Below are positions 30,713 through 41,712 of a stretch of 64,000 nucleotides of DNA, one piece after another. The stretch is taken from NCBI GenBank assembly GCA_963665115.1, contig OY762007.1:512001-576000 (forward strand). The letters are read 5' to 3'. This stretch comes from an uncultured Rivularia sp. (GTDB lineage Bacteria; Cyanobacteriota; Cyanobacteriia; Cyanobacteriales; Nostocaceae). Under the pieces are notes generated by a model that did no database searches, was not told where the DNA came from, and saw only the letters and a program-made list of their open reading frames with translations. Position 1 is the stretch's first letter; each line of letters starts with the position of its first letter. The position numbers and the translations under genes are program-made.

Positions 30713-33229
30713 ATGGTGTTGGAGGATACTTTGAAATTGAAACAGCTTTGGTACGCAGGAATATTAGGTATATTTTATTTAGTGCTATCTCAACCAGCTT
30801 TTGCAGAAGAAAATCGAAAACAAGAAGCTTCGGTTGAGGAAAAAACTCAGAAATCAATTTCAAATATTCGTGAAATTAAATTTGCAAAAACCAGTGCTTC
30901 TTATTTACTGACACAGGAAAATACAACTCCTGCAATTACTCAAATAACTAGTGTACGAATACAGCAAACAAGTAATGGTTTGGAAGTGATATTAGAAACT
31001 CCCCAGGGAGATTTATTATCGCCAACTACAAGAATAGAAGGCAATACTTTAATTGCAGATATTCAGAATGCAGTCTTGATACCCGATGGTAGATTTCAAG
31101 AAAATAATCCTGTAGAAGGGATTGCTTCAATAACCGTTACGCAGTTAGATAATAAAGTACAAGTACGAATAGCGGGGGTACGAACTGCACCAACTGTAAA
31201 CGTTGCTTCGGGCGATCGCCGTTTAGTTATCAGCCTAGATTCGGCTCCTAGAGCGGATATCGAACTCACTGTCACCGCACAAAAACGACCGGAAGATGCA
31301 CGGGATGTACCTCTGAGTATTACGGTAATACCCCAACAGGAAATCGAAGACGCTCAAATCGATTCTTTTCAAGATATCGCTAATAATACCCCTAATTTCA
31401 GCTTTGCTCCCACATCTTCAGGTGGTACTGAGTTCAGTAACTACAGTATGCGGGGATTAAATAATGCTAATTTTCTTACCGCTCAGGATAGCGTAGCCTT
31501 CTATATAGATGATGTTCCGGTTGATTATAACGGCTTTTTAGACTTGGCTTTGAATGATTTAGAGCGGATAGAAGTCTTGCGGGGACCTCAAAGTACTCTC
31601 TACGGTAGAAATAGTTCGGCTGGTGTAGTTAACGTCATTTCTCGTCAAGCAACTTTTGAACCAGAAGTCACATTTGGTGTCGGTTACGGAAAATATAACC
31701 ACCGCGAATTGCAATTTTCTCTTAACGATGCTTTGGTTGACGATAAATTAGCGTTACGAATAGCTGGAGCTTATAAGGGACAAGATGGATTTATTGAAAA
31801 CCTTGCCACGGGTGAAAAAATCGGCGAAAGAGCGCGATTTGCAGGCAGAGCGCAATTATTGTGGACACCGACATTAGATTGGAACGTTTCTTTTAATAGC
31901 TATAACAGTTTTACGGATGACGGAAATCCGACTTACAACAGAATTAATCCTGAAGATGCATTCGAGGTTAATTTAGAGACTGAAGGTTTCAACAAACTTA
32001 GTACAAATACCCAAGCGGTGAAAGTTGGTTATAACGGTGAGGGTTTTCGAGCAACTTCGATTACAGCACGTCGTTATAGTCGTCAAGAAAATGTAGTTCC
32101 TGGAAGCACGGGAGCGTTACAGATTCTTGATGATATTAACTCAACAACATGGACGCAGGAATTACGCTTTCAATCTCCCGAAACTTCCGAGCGTTTGCAA
32201 TGGTTGTTAGGTGGTTACTACGAATCTCGCGACTTTAAAGTTGATGATGCTCGAACCGACTTTCCCGGATTTGGCAGATTTCGCCGTTTTGGTGATGATT
32301 CTCGTACAACCTATGCGGTATTTGGGCAGGTAGATTATAAACCTATCGAACCATTAACCGTATTTGCCGGTTTGCGTTACGAAACTTCCGATGCATCTTC
32401 AGATAGTAGCTATGAATCGGTAGCTGCTGACGGTAGTTTAACTCCACTACGTCCAGAATTTACAGATGAAGAAGTTAGTAATGATGAATTAATTCCTCGC
32501 TTTGGTTTGAAATATCAACTCAATCCTAATTTAATGGCTTATACCACAATTGCCAAAGGTTATAGACCAGGTGGATTGAATTATCGTGCTAATAGCGAAG
32601 CAGAATTACGATTTGGAGAAGAAAAAACTTGGAGTTACGAAGCAGGTTTAAAATCTTCTTGGCTGGATAATCGTTTGATTGCCAACTTGTCGGTATTTCA
32701 TAACGATGTGAATGACTATCAAGTATTACAATTTGACAACACTGGATTTTTCGGAAGTGTCAGCAACATTGATGTCAAAGCCACTGGGGTTGAATTTGAA
32801 CTGAAAGCAAAACCAGCAGCAGGACTAGATTTAATTGCATCAGTTGGTTATGTAGATAGTAAATACAAAAACTATTTAAACTCAGATACTGGAGTGGATT
32901 TGAGCGACAATCAAGTTCCTTTCGTACCGCAATTTACCTATAATTTAGCGGCTCAATATCGAACAAAAGGAGGGTTATTTGCTCGTGCCGGATTGAGCGG
33001 TTATGGTATTACTTATTTTGATGACGATAATCAAATCAAGCAAGAACCATACGTTCTCGTAAATGCTCGTATCGGTTACGAAGCTGAAAAATACGGAATT
33101 TATTTATATGCAAATAACCTGTTTGATTCTCGCTACATTACTTCTGGCTTCTTATTCCCAGTACCAGACGGAACCGCAGGATTTGGAGATCCAGTTACAT
33201 ACGGAGTCCAATTTAAAGCGACTTTGTAA
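30713..33229 (+). CDS. TonB-dependent receptor with N-terminal AMIN domain
   Basis: Signal peptide, AMIN-like domain, TonB box (ELTVTAQKR), plug IEVLRGPQSTLYG, NLFD, C-terminal beta strand. Confidence 0.93.
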   Translation: MVLEDTLKLKQLWYAGILGIFYLVLSQPAFAEENRKQEASVEEKTQKSISNIREIKFAKTSASYLLTQENTTPAITQITSVRIQQTSNGLEVILETPQGDLLSPTTRIEGNTLIADIQNAVLIPDGRFQENNPVEGIASITVTQLDNKVQVRIAGVRTAPTVNVASGDRRLVISLDSAPRADIELTVTAQKRPEDARDVPLSITVIPQQEIEDAQIDSFQDIANNTPNFSFAPTSSGGTEFSNYSMRGLNNANFLTAQDSVAFYIDDVPVDYNGFLDLALNDLERIEVLRGPQSTLYGRNSSAGVVNVISRQATFEPEVTFGVGYGKYNHRELQFSLNDALVDDKLALRIAGAYKGQDGFIENLATGEKIGERARFAGRAQLLWTPTLDWNVSFNSYNSFTDDGNPTYNRINPEDAFEVNLETEGFNKLSTNTQAVKVGYNGEGFRATSITARRYSRQENVVPGSTGALQILDDINSTTWTQELRFQSPETSERLQWLLGGYYESRDFKVDDARTDFPGFGRFRRFGDDSRTTYAVFGQVDYKPIEPLTVFAGLRYETSDASSDSSYESVAADGSLTPLRPEFTDEEVSNDELIPRFGLKYQLNPNLMAYTTIAKGYRPGGLNYRANSEAELRFGEEKTWSYEAGLKSSWLDNRLIANLSVFHNDVNDYQVLQFDNTGFFGSVSNIDVKATGVEFELKAKPAAGLDLIASVGYVDSKYKNYLNSDTGVDLSDNQVPFVPQFTYNLAAQYRTKGGLFARAGLSGYGITYFDDDNQIKQEPYVLVNARIGYEAEKYGIYLYANNLFDSRYITSGFLFPVPDGTAGFGDPVTYGVQFKATL

Positions 33230-33312
33230 TTTGAATGGTTTGTTTTTCTAGAAACTGGGCGGAGACGTTATATATAACGTCTCTACAAAACGTCTTATGA
33301 ATCTATATTCTT

Positions 33313-34521
33313 ATGCTCTCTAAACTAATCCTTCTCGCCGCACTTTACACCGCTCAATTCATACCGACAACCTTTTTTATCCAAACCGTACCTATCTTTA
33401 TGCGACAGCAAAATATGTCGCTTGATGCTATAGGCTTTTTAAGTTTTCTGATTCTTCCTTCAGCATTAAAATTCCTTTGGTCGCCATTCATAGATCGTTA
33501 CCGTTTACCTAAGTTAGGACATTATCGCGGCTGGATTATTCTTTTTCAGTTGTTATTAGCACTTGTCACATTTGGATGTGCATTTATTGATATTCAAGAG
33601 AACTTCAGTACTTTAGTTATTTGTATATTCTGCGCTTTTTTGTTCTCCTCCAGTCAAGATATTGCCACCGATGCATTAGCAGTTAATTTACTCGAACCAA
33701 ACGAACGCGGAATTGGAAACGCTATTCAATCTGGGGGAAATGTTTTTGGGGCTATTATTGGCGGTGGTGGAGTATTAATTTTATTAGATAGAGTTGGCTG
33801 GAAGTACAGTTTAATCATCATGTCCGTATTGATGTTACTGACTTTGATTCCTGTTTTTTTATATAAAGAAAATAATCATAAACCCAAAACATCAAACTTA
33901 TTTAGGTCTTATTTTCAACCTTTTATTAGTTTTCTCTCTCGTCCCAAAGCATTACCTTGGCTTTTAGTGTTGGTGCTGTACATGGGAGGAGAGATGATGT
34001 CAGGAACAATGCTGCGTCCGCTTTTTGTAGATAGAGGCTTGTCGCTGTCAGAGATTGGCGTGATGTTGGGAATAGTTAGTTATAGCGTTCGTATTGCTAG
34101 CGCTTTAATTGCCGGAGTTTTGATTACTAAAATAGGAAGGATACGTTCCCTAATTCTATTTGGTTTAGCAGCAAGTATTGCAACACTTTTGTATATAATA
34201 CCCGCAAGTGGAATCAGTAATTTGCCCATCTTATACGCCGTCACAATCACAGTCAATGCATTGCAAGGAATGGCATATACCGCCTTACTTAGTGCAATGA
34301 TGGATAAATGCGATTGCCAGACAGCCGCAACAGATTATACGTTTCAAGTTTCAGTAGTGTATATTGGTGGAGTTGCTGCTTCAATGCTCAGCGGTAAGAT
34401 CGCGAGTTCTACCGGATATGTAGGTATGTTTATTATCAGTGCAGCAGTGGGTTTATTAAGCGTATTAGTGATTAGTAAAACGAGCGATCGAGTAGCGACA
34501 AATATGCAATCCCATTCTTAA
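33313..34521 (+). CDS. MFS importer of the RhtX/FptX (AmpG-like) siderophore permease family
   Basis: LY..Q.IP, LKFLWSP.IDR, SQDIATDALA, ATDYT.Q. Confidence 0.85.
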   Translation: MLSKLILLAALYTAQFIPTTFFIQTVPIFMRQQNMSLDAIGFLSFLILPSALKFLWSPFIDRYRLPKLGHYRGWIILFQLLLALVTFGCAFIDIQENFSTLVICIFCAFLFSSSQDIATDALAVNLLEPNERGIGNAIQSGGNVFGAIIGGGGVLILLDRVGWKYSLIIMSVLMLLTLIPVFLYKENNHKPKTSNLFRSYFQPFISFLSRPKALPWLLVLVLYMGGEMMSGTMLRPLFVDRGLSLSEIGVMLGIVSYSVRIASALIAGVLITKIGRIRSLILFGLAASIATLLYIIPASGISNLPILYAVTITVNALQGMAYTALLSAMMDKCDCQTAATDYTFQVSVVYIGGVAASMLSGKIASSTGYVGMFIISAAVGLLSVLVISKTSDRVATNMQSHS

Positions 34522-34553
34522 AGTTACAGTTTATCAATGTTATTTTGACGCGG

Positions 34554-35837
34554 TTAATTAATCTCACGTACTGATGGTTTTAATGCCAACAAAGTACTTG
34601 TAATTAACATAATGCTACCTGCGACAGTGAAAAGAATTGTTAAATTAAAGTTGACTAATATACCAGCCAAAGCAAAGGAAAAAGGGGCAATTCCAAAGGA
34701 AGAAAACATCCCTAAACTCATAACTCTTCCTAACATTTCAGGTGGAGTTTGTTTTTGAATCCAGGTAATTCCTACCACAGTAAACAAGCCACTGCAAAGT
34801 CCTAATATAGCAATTGTAATAGCAGCTAGTGTGATGTTTGGGATAAAGCTAAGTAGAAACAGACCAAAGCCTTGTATACTAGCAAGACTGACCATTAATA
34901 CTCCAAGTTTGGGAAGATTTCGGATAAATTGAGGTGCTAATGTCCCTAATAAACCACCAGCACCCCAAGCTGACTGCATTATCCCTAAAGCGACTGCACC
35001 GCCCTGAAAGCGACTGTGAGCTAGTGAAGTAATCCCGACTTGTAATGGACCGACAAAAAGAAAATTTAGCATTACTAATATCAGCAAAAGTACTCTGAGA
35101 GACTGGTTGCGCCATCCGTAATAGAGTCCCTCACGCATACCATTTATTAAACTAATACTTTTGTTGGTAAAAGTAGATTTTGTAGAGTTTTGATTTGATT
35201 TCCCATCTAACACTGTTGAAGAAGATCTCATCTGTTTCATCAGCAAAAGCGTTATGGTTGTGATAACGAAAGTTACTCCATCAATTGCAAATGCTGCCTG
35301 GATACCGGCAGTTGCAATCAGCAAACCACCTAAAGCAGGTCCAATCAATAGAATTATTTGGGAAGTTCCTTGGCTTAAGGTATTACTTGCTACTAACTGC
35401 TCTTTTGGTACCAATGTAGGTATAATTGATTTCGATGCTGGGATAAAAAAACCATCTAGAATTCCGAAGCTAGCAGCAAAGAAGTAAAGATGCCATAGTT
35501 GTGTGACTTTAGAAGCAACTATTACTGTAAATAAAACAATCAGTAAACCACGTAAAGCATTGGAAATCAGCATAACTAATCGTGGTGAAAAGCGATCGCT
35601 AAAAACACCACCAAACAGCATTAAAACAGCACGAGGAATTGCTGCTGCCATCAATACTGTACCCAAGCTGATACCAGAATTAGTTAACTGTATTGTTAAC
35701 CAAGGCAATGCTATTATATAGAACTGATCGCCCAAAAGTGAAACGTTTTCACCGATGTATAAGAGTAGGAAGTTACGTACAGTTAGTGGTTTCCAAAGAG
35801 GAACCCGGTGATTACTCGATATTGTTGATTTGTCCAT
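34554..35837 (-). CDS. MFS exporter (EntS/DHA3-like)
   Basis: R.F.LLY.G..VS.LGD, GGVFSDRF.PR, Q..TP.EMLGRV. Confidence 0.85.
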   Translation of the reverse strand: MDKSTISSNHRVPLWKPLTVRNFLLLYIGENVSLLGDQFYIIALPWLTIQLTNSGISLGTVLMAAAIPRAVLMLFGGVFSDRFSPRLVMLISNALRGLLIVLFTVIVASKVTQLWHLYFFAASFGILDGFFIPASKSIIPTLVPKEQLVASNTLSQGTSQIILLIGPALGGLLIATAGIQAAFAIDGVTFVITTITLLLMKQMRSSSTVLDGKSNQNSTKSTFTNKSISLINGMREGLYYGWRNQSLRVLLLILVMLNFLFVGPLQVGITSLAHSRFQGGAVALGIMQSAWGAGGLLGTLAPQFIRNLPKLGVLMVSLASIQGFGLFLLSFIPNITLAAITIAILGLCSGLFTVVGITWIQKQTPPEMLGRVMSLGMFSSFGIAPFSFALAGILVNFNLTILFTVAGSIMLITSTLLALKPSVREIN

Positions 35838-35916
35838 GCAGATTATAGATTACTCAAAATTTATTATTTATTTGTAGTAGCGCTAAGCGCTTCGGAGTGC
35901 GCTACTACTTTCATGT

Positions 35917-37495
35917 TTAATTAACGCGACGTTGGTAGCCTTGCCAATATTTTTCTCTCAGCTTGCCCTTTTGCAATTTACCAGTTGGTGTTCTTGGTAA
36001 GGATTGAGTAAATTCAACACTTCTAGGTAACTTATAATCGGCAAGTTTACCCCGGATATAACTAATAATGTCTAATGCGGTTGCTTTCATCCCTTCTTTT
36101 AAAACAACAATAGCTTTGATCGTTTCTCCAAAATCTTCATCTGGAACACCAATTACTGCAACCTCACTTACTGCTGGATGTTCGTATAAAATATTTTCAA
36201 TTTCTGCTGGATAGACATTCTCGCCAGCATAAACAATCATATCTTTAACGCGATCGCAAATGTAAATATAACCTTCTTCATCAAAATAACCAGCATCACC
36301 AGTATGAATCCAGGCATTTACTAAGGTTTTTGCTGTAGCTTCGGGTAATTTCCAATAACCAATCATATTTGCAGGGGATTTGATCCAAATTTCACCTACT
36401 GAACTGCCTGATACCTCTTTACCATTACTGTCTAAGATAGCTACTGATACACCAGGAAAAGGTTTCCCCGCAGCTTTGAGTATGTCTGTATTTGTAGATG
36501 TATGAGCATCCGCAGGTAAACAGACAGCACAATTTCCGGTTTCCGTCATCCCATATATTTGTACGAAGTTACAGTCAAATGTGGCGATCGCTTTTTTGAG
36601 TAATGATTCGGCTATGGGAGAAACCCCCGTAAATAATATATTCCAGTGATGAAAAATCTGTTTTTTGGCATAATGGTTCGCTCAACAAAACTTGAATCAT
36701 TGCTGGAACCATACAAGTCTTGGTGATGCGGTACTTTTCAATCGCTTTGAGAACTTCAAAGTCTACAAAAGTTTCTAATATAATATTGGAGGCTGCGGAT
36801 GCCAAACCGCGAATAGCCCACCATAAACCTCCGATATGGAATAAAGGTAAGGTAACTAGATTCTTGTCAGTTTCGTTCCAATTTATCCAGCTTTTATCAA
36901 GTTTCGCAAATTCATTGGCGATGGCAAAAAAACTATAATGTCCTAGTTGGACACCTTTAGGTCGTCCTGTAGTGCCACTAGTATACATTTGTACGGCTAC
37001 ATCATTTTCGTCAACAGCAACATTGGGTGGTTCGTCACTATATTCGTGGCACCATTTATCATAAATGGGCCAATTACGGTCAGTTTTTTCTAAAGCAATA
37101 ATAGTTTTAACATCATCAATTTCGTTTTTAATTGATTCTACTAATTGATAAAAATCAGATCCGACAAAAAGAATTTCAACATTAGCATCGCTTAGAATAT
37201 AGCTCACTTCAGCAGCAGCTAAACGCCAATTAATTGGTACTAAAACAGCATTTATTTTGCAACAAGCAAATAAGATTTCATAACTTTTAAGTGAATCTTT
37301 AGCTAAAAGTGCCACTCGCGCACCTGGTTTAATTCCGACAGCTAAAAGTGAATTTGCGATTTTATTACTTCGTTGTTCTAATTGTGAATAAGTAAGTGCA
37401 TTATCTTTGAATATTAATGCTTTCGCATCTGGAAATTGACGCGCTTGTACCTGTGGTAAATCTGCTAATGTGAGAATTTTATTGTTATATATCAT
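35917..37495 (-). CDS. Acyl-CoA/acyl-ACP ligase (FadD-like), split by a +1 frameshift near 36622
   Basis: YTSGTTGRPKG in 36575..37495; YGMTET, HTGDAG, DRVKDMI, TGKLQK in 35917..36549; YGG|SP junction has one extra T. Confidence 0.88.
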
Positions 37496-40400
37496 AGATG
37501 TTAATTGTTTCAAGAGATTTTTGTAATTCTTGAGCAAGAGTTTGAATGTGTGGAGGGCGGACTATACTAAAGTGATTACCATCTAAAGTTTTCGTGAAAG
37601 TGGCTGCCGTAGTATATTTACTCCAGTCGGTATGAGGTAATATTTGATCTTGCCAATCTGAAGCCCACCAAACGTGCAGCGGTGCTTCAATTTGGGGAGA
37701 ACGGTGAACTTGAAGAATTCGGTCGTGAATTTCGGTGATATTTAATTGTTTTTCTAGGATATCGATAGAAATATCTGTGGGAAATAAGTTTCGTTTTTGT
37801 CCCCAATCCATTATAAATTGCAGGCGTTGGCGAGAAGATAAATTGATGAGTTTTTCTCGCAGTTGTTGCTGTTCGACTGCATCAAGAGCCATAAAAGCAT
37901 CAAAGAAAGTACCGCCAAATACTAACGATACATCGATGAGGGGGTCACGTTTAAGTTGTGATGCATTATTTGAGATGAATTCGGACATCAAAAAGGAATC
38001 CACTAGCCCCACAAAAGCTACTTTGTGTCCTTGTTTTTCTAACTCTTTGGCAACAGTTACGGCAATTACTCCACCCATAGACCAACCCATAAGATAATAA
38101 GGGCTATGGGGTTGATGCTGATAAATAGCTCTATAGTATTGGGCAGCCATCTCATCAATGCTTTTATGCTCTTGTTCCGGCTGATTGAGAGCGCGAGACT
38201 CTATTCCAATAATTGGTCTATCTGCTCCCAAACAAGCTGCCAAATGCTGATACACCATCACTTGTCCCCCGGCTGGATGAATGCAGAATAAGGGGGGCTG
38301 AGTACCTTGAGTTTGGATTGGAACTAAGTATGTGGAAGTTAATGAATCAGCAGAATTTTTGGCAATCTTAGCAGCAAGCTCTGCCACGGTTGGATATTGG
38401 AAAATTTTACTCAAAGATATATTTGTCTCAAGTTTCTGATTGATTTTTGAAACTAATTGAAGTGCCAAAAACGAATGTCCACCCAACTCAAAAAAGTTAT
38501 CATGGATGCCTATCTGCTCAAATTTAAATTCTTCAGTCCAGGTTTCAATTAATAATTCTTCAATAGAGTTGCGAGGAGGTACAAAAGTTTTTTCTAATTC
38601 TGGCTTGATGCGATTAGGTAAGGGAAGCGTGCGACGATCTATTTTGCCGTTAGATGTCAGGGGTAAAGATTCTAACAGCATGAAAGTAGAAGGAACCATG
38701 TAATTAGGTAGTTTTGCTTCTAGATAATTACGTATTTCGCTGAAATTTGGGCTAATATTTTGTTGCAGATTTTTAACTATATAACCGATAAGGGATTTAT
38801 TTCCTCGTTCTTCTACGACAGCATTTACCACAGCTTGTTTAATAGCGGGATGTTGTTTTAATGTCGCTTCAATCTCTCCCAATTCAATCCGATAACCATT
38901 AATTTTCACCTGAAAATCGGAACGTCCCAAAAATTCAATATCTCCACTCGGTAAATATCTTCCTAAATCCCCGGTTTTATATAATCTTTCCCCAGTTACC
39001 GGATGATTAATGAAGCCTTCTTTTGTCTTTTCATCATCTCCCCAATAACCCAATGCCAATCCAATCCCACCAATATAAAGTTGTCCCACAACCCATATCG
39101 GAGTTGGTTGCATTAACTCATTCAACACATAAAACTGTTGATTCGTCAGAGGTTTACCGTAAGGAATACTTTTCTCGCTAGGATCGACGGTAGTGATGGG
39201 ATAGAAAATCGACCAAATCGAAGCTTCCGTTGCTCCCCCCAAACTAACAATTTCAATATCCGAACAATAACTTTGAATTTGAAGCGGTAAATTTAAAGGC
39301 AACCAATCTCCACTCAACAAAGCCAAACGTAATGGTAATGCTGTTATTGCTGGCTGTGAGGATAAGTATTCTACCAACATTTGCATCAAAGCCGGAACTG
39401 AGTTCCAGATAGTTATCCGTTGCTTAACTATTAACTCATGCCAGCAAGCAGGATCTTTTACTGCATCTTGTGGTGGAATAACTATGGTTGCCCCAGCTGC
39501 GAGAATACCGAAGATATCGTATACTGATAAGTCAAAATTTAATGCTGATAGAGCTAAAAGGCGATCGCCATTTCCAATTCCAAACCGCTGATTAATATCA
39601 ACAATTGTATTCACCGCACCTCGATGATCGATCGCAACTCCTTTTGGTAATCCTGTGGAACCTGATGTATAAATTACGTAGGCTAGATTTTCGATATTTT
39701 GATCTTTTAAAGACGTTACATCTAAAGTCTCTACATCATCATCGCTAATACATACAGTCTGCACACCTGGAGGTAAAGAAAGATTGTTTTCAAGGTGTGG
39801 TTGAATAACAACTAATTGAACTTTCCCTTGTTCGAGTAAATACCACTGTCTTTCTTGCGGTAAATTTGGATCGATTGGCAGATATGCCGCTCCAGACATT
39901 AAAATTCCTAGTACAGCTACAACTTGTTCCCAACCTTTCTCCATAACTACAGCAACTAAAGTATTGGGGATTGCTCCCAACTGTTGTAATTTAGCTGCTA
40001 ATGTAGATGCCTTTTGATATATTTCCCTATAAGTAAAATTCCTCTCGCTGGTAATTACTGCTAATTCTTCGGGTTGTACTTTGACTTGCTCAATAAACAA
40101 ACCGTGCAAAGTTTGCTCGCAAATTGGAGCGCTAGTGTTATTAACTTGATGGCGTTGAGATAATTGAGCTTGTGGTAATAATTGTTGATGTGCTTCAACC
40201 CAAGCTGATTCGGAAGTTGCTAATCGTTGGAGTAAATTGCAGTAAGCCGCAAACATATCATCGATCAAACCTTCTGGGAAGAGTTTCTTCCACCACATCC
40301 CAATTAAAGATTAATGCTCCTTTTTGTTCGGTAACTTGATGATCCAGCAAAACTTGGGGGGTTTGACTGATACCATAAATCACTTCTCCCAAAAAATTGA

Positions 40401-41712
40401 ATTCTAAATCTCCCTTAGTAAAAGAGTTTAAACCTAAAACACTGCTAAAAACTATGGGCATAACTGCAGTTAACCCGGTTTTCTGACGACGAGCTAATTC
40501 CCGCAATAACTCCACTCCACTAACATGAAGATGCTCTAAGTCTTGTAGCAATTGCTGTTGTAGTTTCTGAGCGCGACTAGTAAATGTTGCTTGCCTTGAA
40601 TTGTCTACTGCTAATAGAGTTGTATTGGTAAAATCTCCAACAACTCGATCTATTTCAGGGTGAAGAGGAAGACGCTCGAGTACAGTCAGATTAAGAGTAA
40701 ATCGAGGATTTTTGCTCCACAACCTTAAAACTTCAGCAAAAGCAGCCAGCAATACCATAGAAGGAGTCAAACCAGCATTTTTCCCTCGCTGTTTCAATTG
40801 CTGCCAAATATTTGGTTCAAGTTGAGCAGCGTAACGTTTAAATCGATAATCTTTTAACTCGCTGGGAAAATAAATCAGAGGTAATTCTGGTGCTGGGGGT
40901 AAATCATCTAAACGGCTTAACCAGTAATTTTGCGATCGCTTGACTAATTCAGAATCTTGCAAGCCTTGCTTATTAATTACATAGTCGCGGAAAGAGATTT
41001 GCGGTAATGGCAAGCATATTTGTGGATTATGATAAAATTGGTTCCACTCCTCAAATAGAATACGAATACTCCCAGCATCCGCCATCAATAAATCTAGATT
41101 GATGTGAATTCGCACACGCCCCTCGTCTAAATAAGTGGCTCGAATATTGAACCAAGGCCACTCCTGTGGTGGTAACATTTGATGGGATAATTGTTCCCGA
41201 ATAGCTTGAAGCTGAGCCTTTACTTCAATATTTTTCAGTCCTCGCAGATCTAAGATTGAGATTTCATAGGGTGGAACTTTTTCTAAAACTTTTTGCTCTC
41301 CTGTAGGTAGCACTACAGCACGCATCATCTCGTGGCGATCGATTAATTTCTGCCAAGCTGTTGAAAGCCTTGACAAATCTAAATTGGTAGCTTCAAATTC
41401 CAGATAATGATGATTTGCTACATTACCTAACTCAAATACCTCACTGCGCCCCAACCAATGGGCTTGCTGAATATCAGTAAGAGGAAAAGGTTCATATTTT
41501 TTACTACTATCCGGCTCGATTGCTGGTAGAGAATCAGTATTTATCTCAGTTTGACTAAGCAAACGTATAATATCTAATTTATGCTCTACTAAGGAATTTC
41601 TTAACTCTGAACTCAAAACTCCTTTTGGTGCTTCAATAATTAATCGTTCGTTTTTAACTGATAATTTAATTTCTCGCTGTTCTAGTTGTTTTAAAAGTTC
41701 ATTTCTATTCAT
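37485..41712 (-). CDS. NRPS: docking domain-Cy-A(Cys)-T-TE, split by a +1 frameshift near 40285
   Basis: PFPLTDIQQA.W.GR, DLLMAD (Cy DxxxxD), SQTPQV.LD; A-domain code DLYNLSLIWK; GGHS; TE GWSMG. Confidence 0.9.
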
